Assembly (NCBI GenBank): GCA_963816145.1
Contig: CAWFJP010000004.1
Coordinates: forward strand, 480,001 to 544,000
Source of the DNA: an uncultured delta proteobacterium
GTDB lineage: Bacteria; Desulfobacterota; Binatia; UBA9968
DNA: 64,000 bases
Direction of reading: 5' to 3'
A program made the position numbers and the translations under genes. Shown piece after piece: positions 49,658 through 60,160 of this stretch (positions are counted from its first letter, which is position 1; each line of letters starts with the position of its first letter). The notes beneath the pieces are model-generated. The model was not told where the DNA came from. It worked only from the letters and a program-made list of their open reading frames with translations, and did not search any database.

Positions 49658-50811
49658 TTGAGAATGGAGAATGGAAAATTGAGAAGAAAGGTAGCCGCAG
49701 TGATTGGTTCTGTTTCGACCATCATATTCTTTGGATTAGCGATCGATGTCTTGGCGGCGCAGGTGAAGCCCGCCTGGCAGCAGGAATGGGAGAAAACCCT
49801 CGAAGCAGCCAAGAAGGAAGGCCAGGTCGTTGTTTACATCAGCGGCTATGAAGCGATTCTGCCTGACTTCGAGAAGGAGTTCCCTGAGATCAAAGTGACC
49901 GCCGTTACCGGGCGGGGTAATCAGCTGGGGCCGCGCTTGTTGGCGGAGCGGCGCGCGGAAAAGTTTATCGCCGATGTTTCCAGCACCGGTGCCAATCCCA
50001 ACTATCAGCAGTATTCACGCCGACCAAGGCTCTCGATCCGATCAAGCCGGCGTTGATCCTGCCGGAAGTCACGGATCAGACCAAGTGGTATTTGAAGAAG
50101 CACCAGTATTCCGATCCGGAAGGCCAATATGTTTTCAACTACGTCGGCTCGGCGACCTATGGCTCGATTCACTACAACACCAAGATCGTCGAGTCGAAGG
50201 AGTTCAAGTCCTATTGGGATCTGCTCAGTCCCAAGTGGAAAGGCAAGATCGCCATCCGCGATATCCGTGAGGCCGGCCCGGGCGCCGGTAATACCCGGTT
50301 CTTTTATTACAATTCCGAGCTAGGGCCCGGGTTTATTCGCAAGCTGTTTGGCGAGATGGATGCGACGTTGTTCCGTGACTTTCGCCAGGGGCCGGATTGG
50401 CTGGCGACGGGGAAGTATGCCATCTGCTTTTTTTGCGATGTCGATGTGTTGAAGCGCCAAGGCCTGCCGGTGGACACCTTCGGGCCGAAAGTCTTCAAAG
50501 AAGGTGGCGGGTTGGTGCAGCAGTTCGGCACTTTGGCCCTGCTCAATCGCGCGCCCCATCCCAACGCCGCCAAGGTGTTCATCAACTGGCTGCTCTCGCG
50601 CAACGGCCAGATCGCGCTGCAAAAACGAACCATGACCGCGGAAAGCCCGGCCGATTCCCTGCGCATCGATATTCCCAAAGAAGAAGTGCCCTACGACAAT
50701 CGCCGATTGGAAGGCATCAAATATCTCGACACCGGCAAGCCCGAGTGGATCGAGATGAAGCCGATCATCGATGTGGTGAACGAAGCGCTCAAGGCGGCGG
50801 GGAAGAGTTAA
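49658..50811 (+). CDS. Extracellular solute-binding protein, array member 5 (frameshift ~50012-50021)
   Basis: ORFs 49658-50056 and 50053-50811 together give one paralog; ICFFC; ends ALKAAGKS. Confidence 0.85.
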
Positions 50812-50812
50812 C

Positions 50813-50985
50813 GGATAATTGAGAATGGATAATGGAGAATTGAAAATTATCCGGTCCCATACGACTTGAAAGGAGGAAGGTTAAATGTATAAGAAGGAAG
50901 TGGCAGGTATGAAGAAATTCTCGCAATTGGAAGACATAAGGATAATTGAGAATGGATAATGGAGAATTGAAAATTATCCGGTCCC
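50813..50985 (+). repeat. Two identical 46-bp direct repeats made of 7-bp units
   Basis: GGATAATTGAGAATGGATAATGGAGAATTGAAAATTATCCGGTCCC at 50813-50858 and 50940-50985; variants at ~47332, 48495, 49652, 52198. Confidence 0.85.
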
Positions 50986-50996
50986 GTCCCCACTTT

Positions 50997-51131
50997 GAGA
51001 TACTGTGTCGCAATGCGCGAAAGCCTCAATCATGTCATCTCGAACGAAGTGAGAGATCTTGCATTTCAGCCACATCCGAAGAAAAGATGTCTCGCCTCCG
51101 ACTCGAAATGACAATTGCGACACAGTTTCTC
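50997..51131. mobile_element. MITE-like element (diverged copy 2)
   Basis: TIRs GAGATACTGTGTCGCAA / TTGCGACACAGTTTCTC; internal TTTCAGCCACAT..GAAGA..CTCGAAATGACA shared with the other copies. Confidence 0.7.
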
Positions 51132-51200
51132 GACGGGAGAAGGTTAGAATAGGGGGCCTGCGCGCCAGTGAAAAATTTCGCACTCCTCTTGGAAAGACCA

Positions 51201-52187
51201 ATGAAGAAAAAACTGATTTTCGCTGCGGTCGCGTCTTTTGTTTTGGCGCTTGGCGATCTCGCCCGAGCGCAGCAGCCGACGAATGTTACGCGGATCGGCT
51301 TTCTCGCAGCACCCAGCCGATCCGGCATGTCGCATCTCACCGAGGCGTTCCTCCAAGGTCTGCGCGAGGTCGGTTACGTCGAGGGGAAGAATATCGCGAT
51401 CGAATACCGATGGGCCGACGGCAAGTTCGAGCGGCTGCCGGAACTTGCCGCGGAATTGGTTCGTCTGAAGGTCGACGTGATTGTCGCGGCGGTGACGCAA
51501 GCGTCGCTGGCGGCCAAGAATGCGACCGGTGCAATCCCGATTGTCATGGTAGCGGTTGCCAATCCCGTGGACTCCGGCCTTATCGCCAGCCTCGCCCGGC
51601 CGGGGGCGAATCTCACGGGGACGTCTGTCATGAACGACGAGGTTGTCGGCAAGCAGTTAGAGCTGCTCAAGGAAGCTTTGCCGGCAATTTCCAGGGTTGG
51701 CGCTATGTGGAATCCGGCGAATCCGGTCTTCCAAAAGTTGCAATTGCGCGCGCTCGAGGCCACGGCTCGAGCATTGAACGTACGTCTTCAGAAAGTGGAG
51801 GCGCGAGATCAAGAAGAGATCGAGCGCGCCTTCAAAGCGATCGCCAAAGAGCGCACGCGGGCGCTCCACGTCCTCCCCGATCCAGTTTTCACTGCACACC
51901 GCCGAATGATCGCCGACCTTGCCCTCAAGCTTCACCTGCCGGCGGTAAGCGGAACGAAAGAATATGCTGAAGCTGGCCTGCTCATGTCCTACGGCCCGAG
52001 CTTTCCCGAGTCGTATCGCCGCGCGGCAATTTATGTCGATAAAATTCTCAAAGGTGCCAAGCCCGCGGACATCCCTATCGAGCGATCGACCAAGTTCGAG
52101 TTCGTCATCAATCTCAGCACGGCGAAGCAAATCGGCGTGACGCTTCCGCAATCGCTGCTGTATCGGGCGGATAAGGTCATCCGGTAA
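51201..52187 (+). CDS. ABC_sub_bind (TrpX-like, PBP type I) substrate-binding protein
   Basis: GYVEGKNIAIEYRWA, SLARPGANLTG, AGLLMSYG, ILKGAKPADIP, ADKVIR. Confidence 0.9.
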   Translation: MKKKLIFAAVASFVLALGDLARAQQPTNVTRIGFLAAPSRSGMSHLTEAFLQGLREVGYVEGKNIAIEYRWADGKFERLPELAAELVRLKVDVIVAAVTQASLAAKNATGAIPIVMVAVANPVDSGLIASLARPGANLTGTSVMNDEVVGKQLELLKEALPAISRVGAMWNPANPVFQKLQLRALEATARALNVRLQKVEARDQEEIERAFKAIAKERTRALHVLPDPVFTAHRRMIADLALKLHLPAVSGTKEYAEAGLLMSYGPSFPESYRRAAIYVDKILKGAKPADIPIERSTKFEFVINLSTAKQIGVTLPQSLLYRADKVIR

Positions 52188-52263
52188 AGCGCTGAGGGAC
52201 AATTGAGAATGGATAATGGAGAATTGATAATGCTCGGGCGCTGGCAATCTGAAGGGACTCATA

Positions 52264-53701
52264 ATGGGAAGTGAAAGTTCACTAGCTTACAAAGACCTGC
52301 GCGGTTATCTCGACGCGGCTGACAAGCTCGGCGAACTGCGTCGGGTTAACGGCGCGGATTGGGATCTGGAGCTCGGCGCGATTACCGAAGTGGCGGCGCG
52401 GGCGACGCATCCGAAAGTGGTTCTGTTCGACGACATCAAGGGCTATCCGACGGGGTTTCGCGTCGTTACCAATCCGGTTTGTTCGGCGGCCACGACGGCG
52501 CTCGCTTTCGGACTCGATCCGAAGTTGACCGGTATGGATATTATTCGCGCCTGGAAAGAGCGGCTCGGCAAGCAGACGCCGATCAGGCCCGTGGAAGTTG
52601 GCAACGGGCCGATTACCGAGAACTGCGACAGCGGCGACCAGGTCGATTTGCTCAAGTTCCCGACGCCGCGTTGGCATGAAGAAGACGGCGGTCGTTATAT
52701 CGGCACCGGCTGCATGGTGATCATGGAAGATCCCGACGGCAAGTGGACCAACGTCGGCACTTACCGTGTCTGTGTGCATGACAAGAACACGCTCGGCATC
52801 TGGATTTCGCCGGGCAAGCATGGACGGCTGATCCGGGAAAAATATTGGGCCCAGGGCAAACCCTGTCCGGTGGTGATTAGTTTCGGCCAAGATCCGATTC
52901 TCGCCAAAGTGGCGAGTTGGTACGAAGCCTGGGGTGTGTCGGAGTTGGAAATTGCCGGCTGGCTGTTCGGCGCGCCGGTTAAATATATTCACGGCAAGGA
53001 AACCGGTCTGCCGATTCCCGCGACTTCCGAGCTTAGCCATCGAAGGTTTCATCGTGCCGCCGACCGAAGACAGCCGGCCGGAAGGTCCGTTCGGCGAATG
53101 GACCGGCTACTACGCTTCGGGCACGCGCAACGAGCCGGTGGTCAAAGTCAAAAATGTTTTTTACCGCAACGATCCGATCATCTTCGGCATGCCGCCGGGC
53201 ATCTCCGGCAAATCGGTGCCGCTGAGCGCCGCTAACGTGTGGCTCGCCCTCGAAAAAGCCGGCGTCACCGACGTCCAGGGCGTGTGGGAATATCAGACGC
53301 GCTACATCACGGCGATCTCGATCAAACAAAAATACGGCGGCCACGCCAAGCGCACGGCGATGGCGATGTTAGGCTCGACCTACGGCTACCACCGGCGTTT
53401 CGTCATTATCGTCGATGACGATGTCGATCCATCGAACATCGACGATGTTATGTGGGCCCTGGCCACCCGCTGCGATCCGGCGACGGCGATCAATGTCATC
53501 ACCGACGCCTGGAGCACACCGCTCGACCCGCGCATCACGCCCGACGCCCGGGCGGCGCGCAACTTCACCAATTCGGTCGCGATCATCAACGCCTGCCAGC
53601 CGTACCATTGGAAAGATCAATATGCCAAGACTTGCTACTTTCCTGAGGAAACGCGGCGGGCGGCGGCGGCGAAGTGGAAGGACGTGCTGAAATTGGACTG
53701 A
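52264..53701 (+). CDS. UbiD-family decarboxylase (frameshift ~53033)
   Basis: DGGRYIGT, NVGTYR in the first ORF; EGPFGEWTGYY, VDDDVDP in the second. Confidence 0.88.
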
Positions 53702-53705
53702 TTCC

Positions 53706-53885
53706 ATTTTGGATTTTCGATTTTGGTTTTGGATTGCGGGAGGAAACGTGAAACGATTTTGGATGTTAGTCTGTGAGACCGCTATTGGAATCTGGCACAG
53801 AGGACGCGCAGACGCGGTACAAATTCTGGCAGTGGCTCCGGACATCTTTCCGATAATCTAAAATCCAAAATCCAAAATCGAAAAT
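53706..53885. repeat. Inverted pair of 7-bp-periodic tracts
   Basis: ATTTTGGATTTTCGATTTTGGTTTTGGATT ... AATCTAAAATCCAAAATCCAAAATCGAAAAT. Confidence 0.7.
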
Positions 53886-53984
53886 GGTGGTGGGGGTGCT
53901 GTCGCGTGCCTGCTTAGGTGTTGCAGCAGCGGTGCTACCATCGCTGCGGAGGCTCCCAAGTGGCAGCAGGACTGGGAGCGAACG

Positions 53985-55010
53985 GTGGAAGCGGCGAAGA
54001 AGGAAGGGCAGCTTACCCTCTACGGCAGCCCGGAATACGAAGGGCTTTTTGGCGAACTGAACAAAAAGTACCCGGAGATTAAAATTACCGGGGTCTTCAA
54101 TCGCGGCGCGGACGCGGCGCGGCGGCTGATGTCGGAGCGGCGTGCGGATAAATATCTCGCCGATCTCTATCTCAACGGCATGACCACTGGCTACAACGTA
54201 TTCTACAAAGCCAAGGTTCTCGATCCGATCCCGCCTCAGCTGATTCTTCCGGAAGTTACCGATGCCTCGAAGTGGTGGCGCGGCAAGCCGCAATACGTCG
54301 ATCCGGAAAATCAGTATCTGCTCAACTTCAACGGCGAGAATCGCATGGTGGTGGCATTCAATACAAAGCTGGTGAACCCGGCGGAAATCAAATCTTACTG
54401 GGATTTGCTCAATCCCAAGTGGAAGGGGAAGATCGTCGCCTACGATCCGACCCAGGGCGGCTCCGGCGATGCGACGCGGTTTTTCTATCACCACAAAAGT
54501 CTGGGTCCCGAGTTTATTAAGCGAATTCTCACCGAGACCGATATTGTGATCAGCAGAGATACGCGCCAGATGGGGGACTGGCTGGCGGGAGGGAAGTATG
54601 CGCTCTCGATCTTTGGCCCGGTGTCGCGTATGGATTTGGACTTGATGCAGACCCAGGGGTTGCCGGTGGATTGGTTCAAGCCGGAACAGCTGAAGGAGGG
54701 CACCTATATTACGGGAGGATCGGGCGGTGTCGCGTCGATCAATAAAGCACCCCATCCCAATGCTGCCAAAGTCGGCTTGAACTGGCTGTTGTCTCGGGAG
54801 GGGCAAATGGCGTATCAGCGACTTTTCACCCAAGGCAACGACGGCCCGGATTCGATGCGCATCGATATTCCCAAAGACAAAGTGCCGCGCGGTAATCGCC
54901 GGCCCGCGACCGACGACGGACGCACGCCCTTCGTCGATCGCGCCGAGTGGATGGATCAGGAGCCAATCACCAAGTTCATTAAAGAAGTGTTGGAGCAACG
55001 AAGGAAGTAA
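53985..55010 (+). CDS. Extracellular solute-binding protein, array member 6 (true start upstream, unresolved)
   Basis: In-frame upstream APKWQQDWERTV; AAKKEG; APHPNAAK; SMRIDIPKD. Confidence 0.85.
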   Translation: MEAAKKEGQLTLYGSPEYEGLFGELNKKYPEIKITGVFNRGADAARRLMSERRADKYLADLYLNGMTTGYNVFYKAKVLDPIPPQLILPEVTDASKWWRGKPQYVDPENQYLLNFNGENRMVVAFNTKLVNPAEIKSYWDLLNPKWKGKIVAYDPTQGGSGDATRFFYHHKSLGPEFIKRILTETDIVISRDTRQMGDWLAGGKYALSIFGPVSRMDLDLMQTQGLPVDWFKPEQLKEGTYITGGSGGVASINKAPHPNAAKVGLNWLLSREGQMAYQRLFTQGNDGPDSMRIDIPKDKVPRGNRRPATDDGRTPFVDRAEWMDQEPITKFIKEVLEQRRK

Positions 55011-55072
55011 TTCAAAATTTTGGATAGCGGAGAAATCCCGTCAAGATAAAGTCGGTAATATCTCTCAAGGGA

Positions 55073-55117
55073 ATTCTACCGACTGTGTTGGCGCGGGCGG
55101 AGAAAATAATTCGCTGA
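55073..55117 (+). pseudogene. Tiny remnant of an ABC_sub_bind gene 3' end
   Basis: Translates ILPTVLARAEKIIR*, cf. LPQSLLYRADKVIR* at 52187. Confidence 0.5.
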
Positions 55118-55196
55118 CCCAGCGATCCGAACGCGACGGCTACGGGTTAGTTCTAGTACTGGGGGGTCAAGAAAAAGCGAAAGGCGGAAAAAAATC

Positions 55197-56196
55197 ATGA
55201 ACGGGAAATTTCTTGGTTTCTTGGTTCAAGGGCTTTTTATCGCGGCGAGTGTTTTTGGCGCTTGCCTCTTCCCGCTGAGCTCTTCGATACATGCGGCGCA
55301 GAAGGACTTGCAAAAACTGACGGTCGGCTACACTCCGATCGCCGGCGCGTCGCTGCCGTTCTTCATCGCCGTCGAGGAAAAGATCTTTCAAAAATACGGC
55401 TATGAGATTTCCCCGGTATTCATGGGCGGCTCGCCGCTGATCAATTCGGCGATCCTCGCCGGAGAATTTCCGCATCGGCTACACCGGCGGCGGCGCGGTG
55501 ATCTCGAGCCGGCTCAGCGGCAGCGATCTGATCGCCATCGCATCGCCGTTGCCGGTGCTCACCATCGATGGCTGGTCAAAGCCTGAGATTAAATCCATCA
55601 GCGATTTGCGGGGCAAAAGAGTCGGAGTAACGCGATTCGGCGCCTCGAGTTATTTCTCGGCGTTGTCGATGCTGGAGTCCGGCGGGGTGAAACCCAGCGA
55701 GGTGACCTTTATTCAAAACGGCGGCGTTGGCGAGTCCTACGCAGCCCTAACCGGCGGCCGGGTGGATGTCTGCATGATCGGATATCCCTTCGGTTTGAAT
55801 GCCAAGAATGCCGGTTTTAACCTGCTCTTCCGACCGTCGCAGACCGAATACGGTCTGTTTCCCACCGCGGTCATTGCCGCGCGCGAGTCGTGGTTGAAGG
55901 AAGCCAAAAACCACAAAGTCGCGGTGGATTTTCTACGCGCGCTCAATGAAGGCCAGCAGCTCGCCAGGGAAAACGCCGCGGCATCTAAGCGGGCCTTGAA
56001 AAAATTCACTCGGGTTGACGACGATGCGTCGTTGCAGGGTAGTTTCGAATACTACAGGGACGCTTTTCCCAGCTCCATCAGGGTGATCGAGAAAGCCATG
56101 GCCAACGCGCTGAAGTTTGTCGAACACCCCAAGGCCAAGGGCGCCGACGTCAGGCAATCGTTCGACAACAGCTATGTCGACGAGATGACCAAATGA
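55197..56196 (+). CDS. NMT1/SsuA-type substrate-binding protein (frameshift ~55471)
   Basis: IAVEEKIFQKYG; DLRGKRVGVTRFG; FDNSYVDE. Confidence 0.85.
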
Positions 56197-57362
56197 GTTT
56201 AGATAGGCGGACAAAAATCCGATCGAAGCGGACCGTGGCCCATCTTTATCCAGGTTCGTCGATTCCAAAATGGCTGGCGCTATCGTTTGCATGCGTGCTC
56301 GGGTTGGTATCTACCGTGATCGGCGCGGAACAGCCGAAGTGGCAAGCCGAGTGGCAACAGGTGATCGAGGCGGCGAAGAAGGAAGGGCAGCTGTCGCTCT
56401 ACGGCGGCCAGGAGATTACGCATCCAGAGATTGTCGCGGCGTTCAACAAAGAGTTTCCGTTCATTAAAATAACTTCAGCAAGCGGGCGCGCCGCCGACAT
56501 GATGACGCGCATCGTCGCCGAGCGGCGCGCCGAGAAATATCTCGCCGACTTGACGGCCAGCGGTCCCAATGGGCCGCGCATGCTCTATCTCAACAAGATG
56601 CTCGAGCCGATCATGCCGGCATTTATCCTTCCGGAAGTTACCGACGGTTCGAAATGGTATGGCGGCAGGCATTGGTATGCGGATCCGGAGAACAAATATA
56701 TTTTCATGTTCGAGGGTACGATCGTTAGCACTGGGCTCTCGTACAATACCAAGTTGGTCCAGGCCGATGAGATCAAATCCTATTGGGACCTGCTCCAGCC
56801 AAAGTGGAAAGGCAAACTGCTCGCTCAAGACCCGCGCAGCGCCGCTCTGGCGACGCCGGTGTTGATTCTTTACCACCGGGCTGGATTGGGCCCTGACTTT
56901 CTGCGGCGGTTTTACACTGAGACCGAGATCACGCTGTTTCGCGACCGACGCCAGGGGACCAATTGGCTCGCTACTGGGAAATTTCCGCTTTGCCATCTTT
57001 GCCGCGAAATCGACAAAGCCCAACAGCAAGGACTATCCGTTGACGAAGTGGCGCCGGATAAGCTTAAAGAAGGCGGCACCATCGGCGGCGGTGGCAGCAG
57101 CGTCATCGCCCTGATCAACCGGGCGCCGCATCCGAATGCAGCAAAGGTTTTCATAAACTGGTATCTGTCGCGTCAGGGGCAAAGCGTTTGGCAGCATGTG
57201 ATGAACGTCAAGGAAGTGGAAGCGTCCGATTCCATGCGCATCGATATCCCGAAGGATGTCGTGCTGCCGGACGGCAAGCGGGTTGCGGGGAAACAGTACG
57301 AAGTAATTGGCTTTCTCGATCCCGAGCCGGTGCAGAAGCTGTTGCAGGAGATTTTGAAATAA
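56193..57362 (+). CDS. Extracellular solute-binding protein, array member 7
   Basis: WQAEWQQVIEAAKKEG; LCHLC; SMRIDIPKD. Confidence 0.88.
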   Translation: MSLDRRTKIRSKRTVAHLYPGSSIPKWLALSFACVLGLVSTVIGAEQPKWQAEWQQVIEAAKKEGQLSLYGGQEITHPEIVAAFNKEFPFIKITSASGRAADMMTRIVAERRAEKYLADLTASGPNGPRMLYLNKMLEPIMPAFILPEVTDGSKWYGGRHWYADPENKYIFMFEGTIVSTGLSYNTKLVQADEIKSYWDLLQPKWKGKLLAQDPRSAALATPVLILYHRAGLGPDFLRRFYTETEITLFRDRRQGTNWLATGKFPLCHLCREIDKAQQQGLSVDEVAPDKLKEGGTIGGGGSSVIALINRAPHPNAAKVFINWYLSRQGQSVWQHVMNVKEVEASDSMRIDIPKDVVLPDGKRVAGKQYEVIGFLDPEPVQKLLQEILK

Positions 57363-57367
57363 GGATT

Positions 57368-57816
57368 TAACCACAAAGGGCCTAGCGCGGCACAGCCGCA
57401 ACCAAAGGAAAAATTCAGAATCGGATATTAACCGCAAAGGGCGCAAAAAACGCAAAATTCGGAAAGGACAACTCACCACGAAGGACACGAAGATCACGAA
57501 GAAAGAGACTTAAATTCCGAACCTTCGTGTCCTTCGCGCCTTCGTGGTGAACACTTCTTATACGCATGAAGCTGCTCCTGTCGAAGACGCTAAAATTTGC
57601 GCTAGCCGCGAAAACAAAGACCACATAGAAAGAAGATTAGGATTCGGAAAATTGGCCGCAAAGAACGCAAAAAGTCCGATGATCTCCCGCAAGGGTGCTA
57701 AGGATGAAGCTTGTCATTTCGAACGGAGAGAGAAATCCGTCTTCGATCCCTCGCATTCGCTCGGGATGACAGGCCTCCGCCCTGTCACTTGGCGTCTTTG
57801 CGCCTTTGCGGGAGAA
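57368..57816. repeat. Intergenic mosaic of several repeat families
   Basis: CACCACGAAGGACACGAAG / CTTCGTGTCCTTCGCGCCTTCGTGGTG; TGTCATTTCGAAC...CTCGGGATGACA; CTTGGCGTCTTTGCGCCTTTGCGGGAGA. Confidence 0.7.
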
Positions 57817-57841
57817 TTATCCGGTTTGATTGGAGGAATAC

Positions 57842-58783
57842 ATGCCAGAGCAAGAGATCATGGAAATTCGCGGTTTCTATCGCTCCCATTCGCATCTGCC
57901 GATTTGGGAAGTGATGGACAAGGCGGGGATTTGGCAGCAGAACGGGCTTAAGGTCAGTTTTGAATTCTGCGACAGCTCGGAGGCGGCGGAGAAGGCGTTG
58001 TTCGGCGGCGAAGTCGATTTCGTTTCCGGCAATCACATCTCACCGTACCTTCTCGTCAAGCGCGGCAAGCCGATCGTCTGTCTGACATCGCCGTCCAACG
58101 ACACCAGTGATCGCCTGGTGACCAACTTTCCGATCAAAGCAGTCGCCGAACTGCGCGGCAAGAAAATCGGCGACACGACGTTGGTCGATTCCATCGGCGG
58201 CTACCATCATCCGCGCGGCAATCACATGCTTTACGTCATGCGCGGCGGCTTGAAGCTGGCCGATGTCGAGTGGGTCGAGCTGTCGGAGTCGAACAACGAG
58301 TTCAAGGCGATGCAGCTGGACGTGCTCAAAGCGAAAAAGGTCGACGCGATCTTCGTCAGCGGCAATACCGATAAATTCCAGCAGGCGGGCATGGATGTGC
58401 TGGCGCTGGACCGGCTGCCGATGATCAACGGGCCGACATTGACTTCGACGCTCACCACTTTACAAAATAAAGAAGGTTTGGCAGAGCGGCTGGTAAAAGC
58501 GCAGGTCATGGGTATTCATTTCGCGCGCACCCGCCGCGGCGAGACCGAAGCGATACTCGACGACCTGCGCAAGCGCGAGCCGGAGTGTAGAAACGTTCAA
58601 TATAGAAGCGTCGCCAAGTTGTCGCCCAAGCCCTATCCCGAGCAGGAAGCGGTGGCCAACGCGTACAAGCTATGCTGCCTGAAAAATCCCGAGGCCGAGG
58701 AGCAGAGTCCGCTGGCGCTGTGGGATTTGCATTATCTAAGGACGTTGGATCATTCGGGGTTTATCGATGAGCTATATAAATAG
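57842..58783 (+). CDS. NMT1/SsuA-fold protein without a signal peptide; paralog of 3529-4461
   Basis: FYRSHSHLPIWEVM, DFVSGNH, LPMINGPTLT, LWDLHYLRTLDHSGFIDELY; GGAGG RBS. Confidence 0.75.
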   Translation: MPEQEIMEIRGFYRSHSHLPIWEVMDKAGIWQQNGLKVSFEFCDSSEAAEKALFGGEVDFVSGNHISPYLLVKRGKPIVCLTSPSNDTSDRLVTNFPIKAVAELRGKKIGDTTLVDSIGGYHHPRGNHMLYVMRGGLKLADVEWVELSESNNEFKAMQLDVLKAKKVDAIFVSGNTDKFQQAGMDVLALDRLPMINGPTLTSTLTTLQNKEGLAERLVKAQVMGIHFARTRRGETEAILDDLRKREPECRNVQYRSVAKLSPKPYPEQEAVANAYKLCCLKNPEAEEQSPLALWDLHYLRTLDHSGFIDELYK

Positions 58784-58786
58784 GGA

Positions 58787-60016
58787 ATGGTTCAAACCGT
58801 TCAAACGCTGCGCTCCGTTCAAGCCGTTCAAGTCGTTGACGGAGTGAATCGGGAACGGACCGACCGTTCCGTTATGTCGATGAGAAGAATCACTATGCTG
58901 CATAACCAAATCTGGGCTCCGCTCATTCTTGCCATCGTGGTTTTTTCATTGCCGGGCAGAGTTGTGGCCGCCCAGCTGGATTGGAAGGCGGATTGGGAAC
59001 GAACGGTTGCCGCCGCCAAGAAGGAAGGGCAGGTCAACGTTTATATCTATCGATATGAGGGTTTGCTACAGGATTTCAAACGGGACTTTCCCGGCATCAA
59101 TGTCGTGGCGGTTTCCGGGCGGGGCAACGAACTGACCACGCGGCTCATGTCGGAGCGGCGCGCCGGCAAATATCTCGCCGATGTTTACAGCGCCGGCCCG
59201 GGCGGCAACTACAACGTCCTCTACAAAGGCAAAGCTCTCGAGCCGATCAAGCCGCTGTTGAGCCTGCCGGAAGTCGTCGATGAGTCGAAGTGGTACGGCA
59301 AAGAGCATCGCTACGCGGACGCCGAGGGGAAATACGTCTTCGCCTACTTAGCCAGTCCGAGCGACGCGCAGTTGGCGTTCAACACGACGATGGTCAACCC
59401 CAAGGAATTCAAATCCTATTGGGATGTCATCCAACCGAAGTGGAAGGGCAAGATCGTCTCGCTCGATCTGCGCGACGGCGGATTGGGCGGCACCATGCAG
59501 TTCTTCTACTACAATCCGGAAATCGGCGCGGAGTTTATCAGAAAGTTCTTTAGCACCATGGATATCCAGTTCGCCAAGAATTTCCGGCAGATGACCGACT
59601 GGCTGGCGCAGGGGCGTTACTCTATTTGCTTCGGCTGCAAGGATTCGATGCGCGCCAAGAACCAGGGGCTGCCGGTGGACGACTTCGATACGACACGGTG
59701 GAAGGAAGGGTCGAGCTTTTCGTCCGGCGGCGGTTCGCTGAGCTATCCGAATCAAGCGCCGCACCCCAATGCGGCCAAAGTTTTTATCAATTGGTTCCTG
59801 TCGCGCCGCGGGCAGATTGCGTTGCAGAAGCTCGGCGACGTCGACGATCCGCCCAACTCGCGGCGCATCGACATCCCCAAAGACGATGTGCCGCCGACCA
59901 ATCGCATGGTCCCCGACGGCAAATATTTCGATGTCGTCAAACCGGAGTACGCCGATCAAAAGCCGATCGCCGATCTCGCCAAGGAGATCATGGCGGGGAT
60001 CGACGCGAAGAAGTAG
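58787..60016 (+). CDS. Extracellular solute-binding protein, array member 8 (start probably ~58874-58895)
   Basis: WKADWERTVAAAKKEG; ICFGC. Confidence 0.88.
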   Translation: MVQTVQTLRSVQAVQVVDGVNRERTDRSVMSMRRITMLHNQIWAPLILAIVVFSLPGRVVAAQLDWKADWERTVAAAKKEGQVNVYIYRYEGLLQDFKRDFPGINVVAVSGRGNELTTRLMSERRAGKYLADVYSAGPGGNYNVLYKGKALEPIKPLLSLPEVVDESKWYGKEHRYADAEGKYVFAYLASPSDAQLAFNTTMVNPKEFKSYWDVIQPKWKGKIVSLDLRDGGLGGTMQFFYYNPEIGAEFIRKFFSTMDIQFAKNFRQMTDWLAQGRYSICFGCKDSMRAKNQGLPVDDFDTTRWKEGSSFSSGGGSLSYPNQAPHPNAAKVFINWFLSRRGQIALQKLGDVDDPPNSRRIDIPKDDVPPTNRMVPDGKYFDVVKPEYADQKPIADLAKEIMAGIDAKK

Positions 60017-60160
60017 TTGCCGCCGCGGGCAATCTGTCGCCGTTCCATCAAGCTTTGTCTGCCGCCTCAACCGATTCGCGAGTTGACTTTGACATGCCCA
60101 TGGGGAAATATTCTGCCGGTGAATCGAATCGGTTTAAAATTATTCCATCGGAGTGGATTT

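Noticed and set aside
50813-50985. 46-bp direct repeats as a CRISPR array
   Set aside because: Only two exact copies with an 81-bp gap, low complexity, no cas genes
33726-55500. Frameshifts in XDH-L, cupin, Rieske, SBP, UbiD and NMT1 genes as programmed frameshifting or pseudogenisation
   Set aside because: Scattered single-base indels, some compensating, with intact motifs and no shared slippery site; most simply long-read errors. Read mapping would decide.
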